A stretch of 64,000 bases of DNA from Squalus acanthias. Lineage: Eukaryota. The notes beneath the pieces are model-generated. The model saw nothing but the letters and a program-made list of their open reading frames with translations. It did not search any database and had not been told where the DNA came from. This document shows, piece after piece, positions 1 to 11,877 of this stretch. The DNA lies in NCBI GenBank assembly GCA_030390025.1, contig CM059431.1:154134001-154198000 (forward strand), written 5' to 3'. Position 1 is the stretch's first letter. Every line of letters begins with the position of its first letter. A program made the translations under genes and the position numbers.

Positions 1-163
1 CTTGGCGAAAATCCTGGCACTCCCCCCCAATAGCACTGTGGGAGTACCGTAACCTCGTGGACTTCAGCTGTTCCATAAAGCGCGTAACCACCACATTCTC
101 AAGGGCAATTAGTGATGGTCAATAAATCCTGGCCTTGCCAGCGACGCCCATATCCCTTAAATG
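1..163 (+). mobile_element. 3' end of a CR1-group (Zenon/Daphne-like) LINE
   Basis: Same 3' tail (ccaccacattctcaagggcaattag...aataaat..tggccttgccagcgacgcccatatccc) as the RT-bearing copies ending at about 42770 (+) and starting at 5607 and 10941 (-). Confidence 0.8.
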
Positions 164-267
164 TATAATATATAAGTTATATATATATTTATATTTATAT
201 TGAAGCGCATGTCCAGAAAATTAACCTATAATTGTTCCGGAACATTATCTGAGATTTCAGGTTTTAT

Positions 268-526
268 TTCACCGTGTATCAGGATCCTCCAGATGTATAT
301 GGTGTTTCACAGTGTATAAGGATATGACAGGTGATTATGGGGTTTCAACTTACATCCGGATCTTGCAAGGTTTGTATGTGGTTTCACAATATATTGAAAT
401 AGGCCAGGTGCGTGTGAGCTTTCAAAGCCTAGCAGTATCATGCCAGGAATGTATGGGGTTTCATTTTTGCCGGGATTCTATCAGCTATCTACGGGCTGAT
501 CAGTGTATAAGAATCCTACCAGGTGT
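268..526. repeat. Degenerate ~39-bp minisatellite, left part
   Basis: Recurrent unit gtttcacagtgtatcaggatcctgccaggtgtgtatggg; the same unit resumes at 4634. Confidence 0.85.
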
Positions 527-3500
527 CATAGATTCGAATGGCAAAGAAGGAGGTTATTCGGTCCTTCGAGTCCGTGCCGGCTCTCTGTAGAGCAATCCAG
601 TCTTTCCCATTCCTCCTCTCCATCATCATAGCTCTGAAAGTTTATTTCCCTAAATTCCCTATCCAGTCTCCTCTTGAAAACATTGAGTGTCTCCGCTTCC
701 ACCACTCCCGTTGGCAGCGAGTTCCAGGTCATCACCACTCGCTGCGTAAAAAAGTTTTTACTCACGTCCCCACTGTATCTCTTGCGTAGAACATCAACTC
801 TGTGTTCCCTAGTCCTTGTACCATCAACTAATGTGAACAGCCTTAACCCGTCTAGCCTATCCAAAACCGTCATAATCTTGTACACCTCTATCAAATCACG
901 CCTCTACCACCTTTGCTCTAACGAAAACAAATCCTGCTTCTCCAACATGCCCCTGTAGCTAAGATCCCCCATCCGCTGAACCATTCTGGTAAATCTCCTC
1001 TGCATCCTCTCAAGGGCCTTCACATGTTCCTAAAGTGTGGTGACCTGAACTGGCGCGAACTACTCCAGTTCTGGCCTAACCAGCGCTTCATAAAAGTTCA
1101 GTACAACTTCTCTACTTTTGTACTCAATACCTCCATTTTTGAAGCTCACGTTTCCATATGTTTTGCTAACCATTCTCTCAAGATTTCCTGCCACCATCAG
1201 GGAAATTTGCACATTAACTCCCAGGACCCTCTGTCCCTGCACAATCTGCAAAACTGTGCCATTAAATGTATATTTCTTCTCCCTGTTCCTTCTGCCAAAA
1301 TGCATCGCCTCACACTTCTCTGTATTAAATTCCATCTGCCACTTGTCTGTCCATTCTGCTAGCCTCTCTATGTCCTGTTGCAGTCATTGTTTGCCACACA
1401 CTCACATTTGGTGTCATCGGCAAAAATAGAACTTCTACTCAGTATTCCAATATCCAGGTCATTTATACATATCATAAAACGCTGTGGCCCCAGCAGTGAC
1501 CCTCAGGGAGCAATACAGTCTACCAACCTCCAGTCTGAAAATCTTCCATTTACCACAACTCGCTGTTTTCTGTCCGTAAGCCAGCTCATTATCCAAGCTG
1601 CCACCCACCAAATCCATGAGCCTCATTTTGTTAACCAGTCTTATATGTGGTACTTTGTCAAAAGTCTTCCGAAAATCCTACTGGACAACATCCATTGCAT
1701 TCCCTTCATCAAATCTCTTAGTTAATTCTTCAAAAATTTCAATTACATTAGTCAAATGCGAAATGCCTTTTACAAATCCGTATTGCATCCCCTTAATTAG
1801 CTTAAACCTCTCCAAGTGCCCGTGAATTTTTTGCTTGATGATTGCTTAGAAAACTTTACCCACCACTGATGTTCAACTAACGGGCCTGTAGTTACTAGCA
1901 TTGTACTTACACCCTATCATTGAACAATGGTGTCAAATTTGCCACTTTCCAACCCTGAGGCCCTACCCCCCATCTAGGTCAGTGTGGGAAATTATGGCAA
2001 GCCATTCCGCTATCTCCTCCCCCAATTCCCTTAGCAACCTGGGATTCAATCCATCTGGACCAGGCGACTCGTCCCCTCTAAGCATACCCACCCTTTTCTA
2101 CAACAAGATGTTTACTAATTTTCACCCCTACCATTACTTCTAACTTTTCCACTTCTACTGATATTTTATCAGCATCCATCTCCTTAGTAAACATCGATAC
2201 AAAGTACTCATTCAGTATTCTAGCCTCGCTCTGCGCCTCCAGGCATATATCACCGTCTTTGTCTCGAATAGGCCCCACCCCGGATCTTACCACCCACTTA
2301 CTGTTTATATGCTGGTAGAAGACTTGTGGGTTCCCTTTTATGTTAACCGCCATATTACTCTCACATTGTGTCTTTGCCCATCTTATTTTCATTTCACTTC
2401 CCCTCTCAACTTATTGTATTTTGTCTTGTCCTCCCTTGAAGAATTCACCTGACATGCATCAAACACCTTCTTTTATAGTTTTATAATCTGCTCTATCTCC
2501 CCAGTCATCCAACGAGCTCTTGCTTTGGTTCCCTTACCATTCCCTCTTGTTGGAATGTACCTAGACCGTACTTGGAACCTTTCCTCCTTTAAGATCACCT
2601 ATTGCTCCGTTACTGATTTCACTGTAAGTCTTTGGTTCCATTTTACACTGGTCAGATCTTTACACATCCCATTGAAGTTAGCCCTATTCCAGTTTAGACA
2701 TTACACTCTGGATTGTTCTTTGCTCCTCTCCTTTACTAATCTAAATCTGATGATAGGATGATCACTCGCACCCAAGTGTTCTCCCAAAGTCACTTTTTCG
2801 ACCTGGCCTGCCTCTTTCCCCATCACCAGATCCAGCAATGCCTCCTTCCTGGTGGGTCCAAGAACATATTGGTGGAGGAAATTTTTCTGAACACATTCAA
2901 GAAATTCCTCCCCCTCCTTTCCGTTTACCCTAGTATTATCCCAATCGATGGCACTTTGAAACTAATAGTAAGATTGGGCAGAATCAACATTGATTCATGA
3001 AAGGAAAATAATGTTTGACAAATCTATTGGAGTTCTTTGAGGATTTAACTAGTGCAGTAGACAAAGGGAAACCGGTAGATGTGGTGTATTTGGATTTTCA
3101 GAAGGCCTTCGATAAGGTCCCACCCAAGAGGTTGGTGAACAAAATTAGGGCACATGGAATTGGGGGTAATATACAAGCATTGACTGAGAATTGGTTAACA
3201 GAAAGATAACAAAAGTAGGGATAAACGGGTCCTTTTCAGGATGGCAGGTTTTGACTAGTGGGGCACCGCAAGGATCGGTGCTCGGGCCCCAGCTATTCAC
3301 AATCTATATCAATGATTTGGATGAGGGAACTAAATGTAACATTTCCAAATGTGTTGATGATTCAAAGCTAGGTCGCAGTGTCTGTTGTGAAGCGAATGTG
3401 AAGAGGTTTCACGGGTATCTCGACCAGCTCAGTGAGTGTGCGAAAACTTGGCGGATGCATTATAACGTGGACAAATGTGAAGCTATCCACTTTGGTAGAA

Positions 3501-4633
3501 AAACAGAAAGGCAGAGTATTTCCTAAATGGTGAAAGATTGGGAAATGCAGATGATCATAGGGACCTGGGTGTCATTGTAAATGAGTCACTGAAAGTGAAT
3601 GTGCAGGTGCAGCAAGCTATCAGGAAAGCAAATGGTATGCTGGCCTTCATTACAAGAGGATTTGAGTACAGGAGTAAAGAATCCTACTCCAATTAGATAG
3701 GGCCTTGGTGAGACAACAACTGGAGTACTGTGTACAGTTTTAGTCTCCTTACTTAAGGAAGGATAGGCTTGCCATAGAGGGAGTACAACGAAGGTTCACG
3801 AGATTGATTCCTGGAATGGCAGCTCTGTCGTATAAGAAGAGATTGAGTAAACTAGGACTGTATTCTGTTGAATTCAGAAGAATGAAAGGGGATCTCATTG
3901 AAGCATACACAATTATTACAGGGCTTGATAGTGTGGATGCTGGGAGAAGGTTTCCCTTGGCTGGGGAGCCTAGCACCAGGGGCCACAGCCTCAGGATAAA
4001 GGGGAGGCCATTCAGGACTGAGATGATAAGAAATTTCTTCACACAGAGTGTGGTGAATCTTTGGAATTCTCTACCCCAGAGGGCTGTGGGGGCTCAGTCA
4101 TTGGGTATATGCAAAACAGAAGTCGATAGATTTCTGACTAGTAAAGGCATCAAGTGATATGGCGATATTGCCGGTGAATGGAATTTAGGCAGAAGATCAG
4201 CCATGATCTCATTGAATGGCTGAGCAGACTGGAAGGGCCGAATGACCTTCTCCTGCTCCTTTTCTTATGTTCTTGTGATATTTGGGTAACTTATTCCCCC
4301 AATATCACCCCTCGATAGCTCTTGCATATCTCTGCGATGTCCCTGCAATTTTGCTCCTCTACCACCTCTCACTATTTCGAGTCCTATAGAATAACCATAA
4401 TAGTTTGATCTTACGCTTTTTGCTCCTCAACTCTAACCAAATCGATTCTGTCCTTGTGCCCTCAAGAACATTCTTCCTTTCCAACAGTAACATTACTTGC
4501 TCAATCAGTACTGCCACCCCACCTCCCATTTTTCCTTCCTTATCTTTCCTGAACACATTTTACACTTGAATATTAAGTGCCCTGTCCTAACCGTTTTAAG
4601 CCACGTTTCCATTATTGCCACAACATCATATTG
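527..4633 (-). mobile_element. Decayed 5'-truncated CR1 LINE (ORF2 endonuclease + RT), split by a nested CR1
   Basis: Minus-strand ORF pieces: FFTQRVVMTWNSLP (526-894), FNTEKCEAMHFGR (1060-1335), ILNEYFVSMFT (2078-2392), and endonuclease GGGVAVLI...ESIWLEL (4359-4556). CR1 3' tail at 527. Confidence 0.92.
2950..4276 (+). mobile_element. 5'-truncated CR1 LINE nested in the opposite orientation
   Basis: RT motifs [23 protein letters not shown] and VDDSKL; 3' tail ending tcttatgttcttgt. GAT at 2947-2949 and 4277-4279 flanks it, and the host CR1 reads through when it is removed. Confidence 0.92.
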
Positions 4634-5606
4634 TTACCCAGGATTTCAGATAGTAACGGGAATATGAGAAATATATCTGAGGTTTTAAAGTATATCCTGT
4701 CCTGCCATATTTTTAAGGATTGTCCAGTATATCGGGAATCCTGGCAGGTTTGCTTTTGATTCCACAGTATACAGGGATCGTGCCATGTGTGTCTGTGGTT
4801 TCAAAATGTATCCGGATCCTACCAGGTGTCTACGCGGTTTCACGGTATATTGGGTTATTGTTAGGTATATATGGGTGATCAAAGTGCATCAGGATTCTGC
4901 CAGGTGTGTCCGGGGTTTCACAGGGTATCAGGATAATTACAAGCGTTTATGTGTTTTCAAAGTACATCAGGATCCTGCAAGGCGTATATGCTGTTTCACT
5001 CTGTATCGGAATATGCCTGATGCGTCTGGGCATTCAAAGCCTATCAGGATCCTGCCAGGAATGTTTGTGGTTTTACCTTTTGTCGGGATCGTATCAGGTA
5101 TCTACAGGATGAACAGTGTATCAGGATCTTGCCAGTTCTAGATCGGGTTGCAGATTCTAACTGGAATCTGTAAAATATGTCTGGTGTTTTAAAGTATATC
5201 ATGACCCTGCCATATGTTCAAGAGGTTTTGCAGTATTATCGGGAATCCTGCCACGTGTGTATTTTGTTCCACAGTGTATCCGGATCCTTCCAGGTGTGTA
5301 TGCGGTTTCATTGTATATCAGGATCCTGCCAGGTGTGTATGGGATTTCTATGTAGCAGGATCTTGCCAGGTGTGTATGGGGTTTCACAGTGTATCAGGAT
5401 CCTGTCAACTGTATATGGGGTTTCGCAGTTTATCACGATCCTGTCAGATGTATATGAGTTTTCACAGTGCATCATGATCCTGCCCGGTGTAAATGGGGTT
5501 TCGAATTGTATCAGGATCCTGTCAGGTGAGTATGGTGTGTCACAGTGTATTGGGATTTGTCAGGAATGTGTGGGGTTACAGAGTTTATCAGGATCCTGCC
5601 AGGTAT
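4634..5606. repeat. Degenerate ~39-bp minisatellite, right part
   Basis: Many tandem copies of gtatcaggatcctgccaggtgtgtatggggtttcacagt; the most regular copies are at 5270-5606. Confidence 0.92.
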
Positions 5607-6545
5607 GATTTTTTTGTTCGTTTTATGAGATGTGGTCATCGTAGGCAAGGACAGCATTTATTGCCCATCCCTAAATGCCCTGAGAAGGTGGTCCTGAATC
5701 GCGTACTTGAATCGCTGCAGTCAGTGTGATGAAGGTACTCCCACAGTGCTGTTAGGTAGGGAATTCCAAGATTTTGACTCAGCGACGATGAAGGATCGGC
5801 GATATAATTCAAAACCAGAATGGTGTGCGACTTGCAGGGGAACTTGTGTGGTTGTGTTCCCATGCACCTGCCTTTGTCCTTCTTGGTGGAAGAGGTCACG
5901 GGTTTCGGAGTTGCTGCCGAAGAAGCCTTGGCGTGTTGCTGCCGTGCATCTTGTAGATGATACACACTGCAGCCACGGTACGCCGTTGGTGGAGGGAGTG
6001 AATGTTTATTATGGTGACTGGGATGCCAATCAAGCGCGCTGCTTTGTCCTGGACGGTGTCGAGCTTCTTGAGTGTTGTTGTAACTGCATTCATCCAGGCA
6101 AGTGGAGACTCTTCCATCACACTCCTTAATTGTACCTTGTCGATGGTGGAAAGGCTTTGAGGAGTCAGGAGGTGAGACACCAGCCGCACAATATCTAGAC
6201 TCTGATCTGCGCTTGCAGCCATTGTATTTATGTGGCTGATGCGGTTAACTTTCTGGTCAATGGTGACCCCATGGATATTGATGGTGGGGGATTCGGCGAT
6301 CGTAATGGCGTTGAATGTGACGGGCGGTTGATAGACTATCGCTTGTTGGAGATAGTCATTGCCTGGCACTTCTGTGGCGCGAATGTTACCTGCCACTTAT
6401 CAGCCCAAGCCTGAACGTCGTCCAGGTCTTGTTGCATGTGGGCATGGACTGCTTCATTATCTGAGGAGCTGTGAAAGGGGCTGAACACTGTGCATTCATC
6501 AGCGAACATCCCCATTTCTGAACTTATGTTGGAGGGAAGGTCATC
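5607..6545 (-). mobile_element. 5'-truncated Zenon/Daphne-like CR1-group LINE (copy A)
   Basis: ORF pieces FADECTVF...WADKWQVTFAPQKCQAM and SLHQRRTVAAVCIIYKMH; A-rich 3' tail at 5607. Confidence 0.85.
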
Positions 6546-8500
6546 TGCTGCATTACCCCTGTGTACTCTCTCTGTTCCCTCTTCAAATAATTCAAGGAGG
6601 CTGGTCAAGAAAACTTTCCCGGTTGAAATCCATGTTGACTATGCATTAATAATTTTTTATTTCCAGATATTTTTCTATTTTCTCTTGTAGTACGGATTCC
6701 ATTATTTTTCTTACTGTTGATTTTAAGCTGACCGGTTTATAGTTTCCTAGATATGTTCTATCTCCCTTCTTAAATATAGATAGAACTTTAGCCATCCGCG
6801 AGTCCTCTGGCAGGACACCTTTTTCGAACGAATTATTTAATACGTGTGCATTGCCTCTTCCCAATTTTCTTATACAATGCACGGATTCTACCTCAATATA
6901 GCTCCCAGGAAGATATTTGTGTTAAAACGTCTCTTTCCTCCTTTGATGCGCTCCTTAAAACCTACCTCTTTGAAGAAGCTTTTGTTCACCTGTCCTAATA
7001 TCTCCTTATGTGGCTCGTTGCCACATTTTGTTTGATAACGCTCCTGTGAAGAGCCTTGGGACGTTTTACTACGTTAAAAATGCTATAGAAATGCAAGTGT
7101 TTTGTTCTCCTAGCGCTGACCAGTAACCCTTTACTGATTCTGGCGTTCACAAATATTATTTTCTCTCATCAAAATGTTATGACCAGGACATTTTCTCTTC
7201 GTGCAGTGAAATCCCAGGCCCTGTTCTATAGGTACTAAATCTCATCTCTCATGCTTCTGACTTTCCAAATGTCTTTGTATAGATTTGTACATTTAAAGGC
7301 ACAACAGTCAATTCTAAAACCAATTCTTTGGAATGTTGACACTTTTTTTTTACATTTTTTTTTACATTTTTTTAACGCCAAGTGACTTCATCTCTCACTA
7401 TCGGAAAAAACTTCCTTTTTCCTGCGAATAATTTTTCACTATTTCACAAATATTCTGCTTCAGCTCTTACTGTTTTATTAATTCTGTTCTCTAGTCTCAG
7501 AAGCGGATAATTCTCACCCTACAGTCATATTAGTTGATACGCTTCCCACTGCTCCATTCACCTATTCTGTGAAACCGTTGTTATTGGTGGGTTCAGATCG
7601 CGGCCGTCTATCCTCTTCTCCATGAACTCACTCTATTGACCCAACAACGTGAACACTTCCCTCCTACTCCAGCCATGTAGCCCCACATTGACCTGCCTCA
7701 TATTTCTCTCAATAATCGATCCAGTGCAAAACAATGCAGAGATCACAACCTTGAGGCCTGATCATTCGTCTACTGCCTCAGTCTCAATATTCCCTCAATA
7801 AACGTATTTTTGTCCGTGTTCCTGATTCCGACAATGGGTAATATCTGCTCTCCTTTCCTTCCCAAAGATGTTCGCACCTGTTCTAGGATGTTCTTCCCTC
7901 TGGAACAGGCAGGCATCTTACCATTCGCAACCTGCTCAGGGCTGCTGACGAGTCTGTCTATTGCCCTGAAAAAAGAATCTCCCAACACTATTGATCTCCT
8001 TTGCCGGTGCCCCACCTGTCTCTCACCCCACTCGGCGTGACCTCCTGCTCACTGGCACCACACTGTTGCTGAGGAAGACCCTCCTCTGAGTCACTGCCTC
8101 TATCCACCTTAAGTCCCCAATGCCAGGTATCTATTGGACAGTTCCAGTACGAAGGGGTCCCACCACCTGTGACGGTGATGCCCCTTTAGATGGTCACTAC
8201 TTTCCCTCTTTCTACTCATCCCCTGTCCTGTTCCCTCTTCCTCTGTGAGTTGCAGGTTCTTGCACGGGATCTGGAACCTTTGTCAGGACAGAAATTAGAT
8301 GTTAAAGTATTTTCTAAATCTACCTGTGACCTTGCTCCAGCTCAGGATCCTGGAAAAATCGTTTCCCCTGTTTGGAGCTTCAGCCATGGTGCTGATAGGC
8401 GTTCCCAGATTCCGACGCACTGTAATAAATATAATATTAACAGGAAAGTTAGATGGAAATTTTAAATGAGAAGGAGAACGCTGCCTTATTAAACATGATA
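6546..8500 (-). mobile_element. Ancient, internally deleted CR1 (RT fragment + SGNH-esterase-like ORF1 remnant), copy A
   Basis: IFKKGDRTYLGNYKPVSL (6646-6882); ORF1-like IVLGDSFFRAID (7770-8015) and LSNRY (~8125-8140). Confidence 0.75.
6925..7105 (+). mobile_element. L2-type 3' tail fragment inside the old CR1 (paralogues ~12260-12430, 26620-26805, 35025-35205)
   Basis: ctccttaaaacctacctctttga...cctgtgaagagccttgggacgttttactacgttaaa...gctatagaaatgcaagt, matching the L2 3' ends at ~21180 and ~43080. Confidence 0.8.
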
Positions 8501-8599
8501 TCAAGTCCCTCCTCCCCCATCAGAGCACCAGCTGTTAGCTCCGGGATCGAACATTACCCTAGATTTACGACAAGCACTCCTCATCAGGTGTGACAGCTG

Positions 8600-10550
8600 C
8601 CAAGTGAAAACCAGTGAGTCCCGCTGATCTTGCCTGAGCATGTTGGCTGGCGCTGCGGACCCGAAACGTTCACTTCTATTTACACTTTTTCTTCCCTTTT
8701 TCTTTTCTCTCTATTCTTCCCTGGTCTCTCTCTCCTGTCATTATGCATCCTTTCATCTCTCCTCTCTCGGATACACTGCCCATTCAAATCAATACACCAA
8801 ACCTTCATTACTCTTCGACCTTCCTACTCTCCTGCGGCTGTCCCAGGCTTGACACGCTTTTGGATAAGTCTAAAGATTCCCTCTGTGCCTTTCTTGGCAT
8901 CCTCCGAAGGGCCCACCATGGCAGTCCTGTTTGCCTCCTCACGAGCAGAAACCCCAACTGTATCATCGTACTCTCTCGGCGAACTTCCCGCCCAGCCCGT
9001 CCGCTGGGGGCTAATCTTGTCAATCTCCTTCCCGTCCAACTCACACCACCCCCCATCCCCCTCAGCGCTGACACTTTGGACGCTGAAAGTGGGATAGCCA
9101 TCACCCAATCTCTCCACATCTCCCTCCCGAATGTCCATTCTCTTGCGAACAAGGTCCTTGACATCCATGAATTTATCGTGGATGATTGCATCAACATCAT
9201 TGCCCAGACAGAGTGTTGGCTGAGGGGTAATGACGCCTTACACGTGAAGGAAGCCTCCCCGGCTGGCTATACATTCCACCACTTGCCCAGCCGAGACTGC
9301 GGTGGTGGCAGTGAGTATCTCATCAATAAATAACATATTGGTCTGTCCCCCTACTCCTCCGCCACTTTCTCCTCCTTGGAGCATCTCGCCTTATTCCATA
9401 ACACACAGCTCATTTAAAATGCTCGTTCTCTATCGCACACCGAAGTACCATTATAATTTTATCACCATGATAACTTCGCTGCTTTCCTCCCTCAGCATCT
9501 GCACCGAGCGACTTCTCATCCTTGATGATTTCAACCGTCATCTCAATTAATCATGCTATTTCTCCTCTGAGTTTAGTGCCTTGTTACCTCTCTTAATCTC
9601 TCCCACAATGTAAACTTCCAAGCCCATATTCACGCCCCCCCCCTCAGACATTATCATCTCTCGTGGCCTCGCTACACCCATCGTGTCAATCGCAGTTAAC
9701 GCTGTCTCTGACCATTTCCTTCTATCACTCTCCAACTACATCACCATTCACCCCAACTCTACTTCAATCTGTTTCCTGCACTGGAAAATAACCTCTCTCC
9801 CAACTCTTTACAACTGCACTTAATAAAACCCAACTACCAGCCTTTGGCCCTCCATTCACCAGATCAATTCTACAGCTACCGTTCTGCTCAACCAAAAGCT
9901 CACCACCACCTACGCTGCTGTAGTCCCTATTTAATCAGTTACACTGTCTCAACCTGGTTGTTCCAACTGGTACGGCTGTCATCTTCGCTCCATAAGTCCA
10001 AAGAACGCAGACTTGAACTGATATGGTCGACAAATGTTTGAGCCATTCAACGCCAGATCTGGCAGGACCACTTACGGCATTATCGGGTCCTGCTCTCGTC
10101 TGCCAAAATTGCTCAATATTCTGGAATCATTCTGAAATGCAAAGCTAAACCCCGGCTTCTATTCTCCACTGCATAAGCAACTTCAGGGTTGGCCGCTCCA
10201 CACTTCTCCAATGCCTTTGCATCGTCGTTCAACTGGTTGGGACTGCATTCGCCTGTTTCCAATCTTATCGATCGTAGCCAGAGACACACCTGCAATGGCT
10301 TTTCTTCCCGCTCACGCATCGTTACCTTGTTGTCCCCCAAGAATATAGCCTTGTTCCCATCCTATTAATCATCTACATGCTGCCCCTTGACGACATCATC
10401 GGAAAACACAGCGTCACGTTCCACATGTACGCTGGTGACACCCAGCTCTACCTCAGCACCACTTCTCTCAAACCCTCCAAGGTCTAACAATTGTCAGACT
10501 GCTTGGCCGACATCCAGATCCGGCTGCGCAGACATTTTCGCCAGTTAAAT
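8600..10550 (+). mobile_element. L2 LINE, copy A (internally deleted, 3' part lost at the A/B breakpoint)
   Basis: Endonuclease NVHSLANKVLDIHEFIVDDCINIIAQTECWL; RT YAGDTQLY near 10430. Confidence 0.85.
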
Positions 10551-10648
10551 TTTCGCCACTTCCACCATCAAAGGAAATATTGCCTATCTCCTTGAACCTT
10601 CAGCCTTCGCGAGTTTCCCCCAGTTACCCCTCTATCTCTCCTTCACTG

Positions 10649-10811
10649 CAAGGTTGCCACTTAGCTGCAAGACCGCGCAGCTAATTGGAGAAACCACGCT
10701 GGTCACTTACCGTCTTTTCTATGGCTGATTTGGCACATGCGCGAAATTGTGAATGGGCAACGCAGTTCGTTAAATGGAGCCGCACCCAAAAAAATAATAG
10801 GGGGAACATTG
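10649..10811. mobile_element. Possible short degenerate DNA-transposon (hAT-like MITE) remnant; paralogue ~24562-24722
   Basis: Imperfect terminal inversion caaggttgcc...ggggaacattg around a GC-rich core; no clear TSD. Confidence 0.35.
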
Positions 10812-10940
10812 CTATTTGACTTCTTATTGCTTAACTGTGCACATAATGATTACATAGAATTACAAATATACAGCACAAAAAACGGCTATTTGATTCAACC
10901 AGTCCATTTATGCTCCACTCGATCGTCCTCCCATCCTTCC

Positions 10941-11877
10941 TTTTTTTTATTAGTTTATGGGACGTGGGCGTCGCTGTGAAGGCTAGCATTTACTGCTCAT
11001 TCCTAATTGCCCTTGGGAAGATGGTGGTTAGTCGCCTTCTTGAACTGCTGCAGTCCGTGTGGTTAAGGTAGTCCCATAGTGCTGTTAGGTAGGGAGTTCC
11101 AGGATTTTAACTCAGCGACGTTGAAGGATCGGCGATATACTTCAGGATGGTGTGTGACTTGGAGGGGAACTTGGTGGTGGCGGTGTTCCCATACTCCTGC
11201 AGCCCTTGTCCTTCTAGGTGGAAGAGGTCGCGCGTTTGTGAGCTGCTGCCGAAGAAGACTTGGCGAGTTGCTGCAGTGCATTTGTAGATGCTACTCACTG
11301 CAGCCACGGTGCGCCGGTGCTGGAGGGAGAGAATGTTTAAGATGGTGGATGGGGTGCCCATCCAGCGGGCTGTTTTGTACTGGATGGTATCGAGCTTCTT
11401 GAGTGTTGTTGGAGCTGCACTCATCCAAGCAATTGGAGACTATTCCATCATACTCCTTCCTTGTGCCTTGTAGATGGTGGAAAGTCTTTGGGGAGTCAGG
11501 GGGTGAGACACTCGCCACAGAATAACCAACCTCTGACCTGCTCTTGTTGCCACAGTGTTTATGTGGTTGGTCAAGTTAGGTTTGTGGTAAATGGTGACCC
11601 CCCAGGATGTTATTGACGGGGGATTCGGAATGGTAATGCCGTTGAATGTCAAGGGACGGTGGTTAGACTGTCGCTTTTTTGAGATAGTCATTGCCTGGCA
11701 CTTCTGTGGTGCGAATGTTACCTGCCACTTATCAGCCCAATCCTGAATGTCGTCCAGGGCGCTTTGCGTACGGGCATGTACTGTTTCATTATCTGAGGCA
11801 TTGTGATGGCGCTGAACACTATGCAGTCATCAGCGAAAATCCCCACTTCTGACCTTATTATGGATGGAAGATCATCT
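10941..11877 (-). mobile_element. 5'-truncated Zenon/Daphne-like LINE (copy B), preceded by a CR1 3' end at ~10850-10940
   Basis: GIFADDCIVF and LQHRRTVAAV motifs; T-run (A tail) at 10941; same right junction as copy A. Confidence 0.85.

Noticed and set aside
4634..5606. CRISPR-like periodicity, and repeated CACAGTG (V(D)J heptamer) in the 39-bp array
   Set aside because: The whole unit repeats with no unique spacers, there are no cas genes and the DNA is eukaryotic. No ACAAAAACC-like nonamer lies 12 or 23 bp from the heptamers, and no V/J segments were found.
4785..5608. Cys-rich repetitive ORFs in several frames
   Set aside because: An artefact of a repeat unit divisible by three; open in multiple frames, with no splice or domain support.
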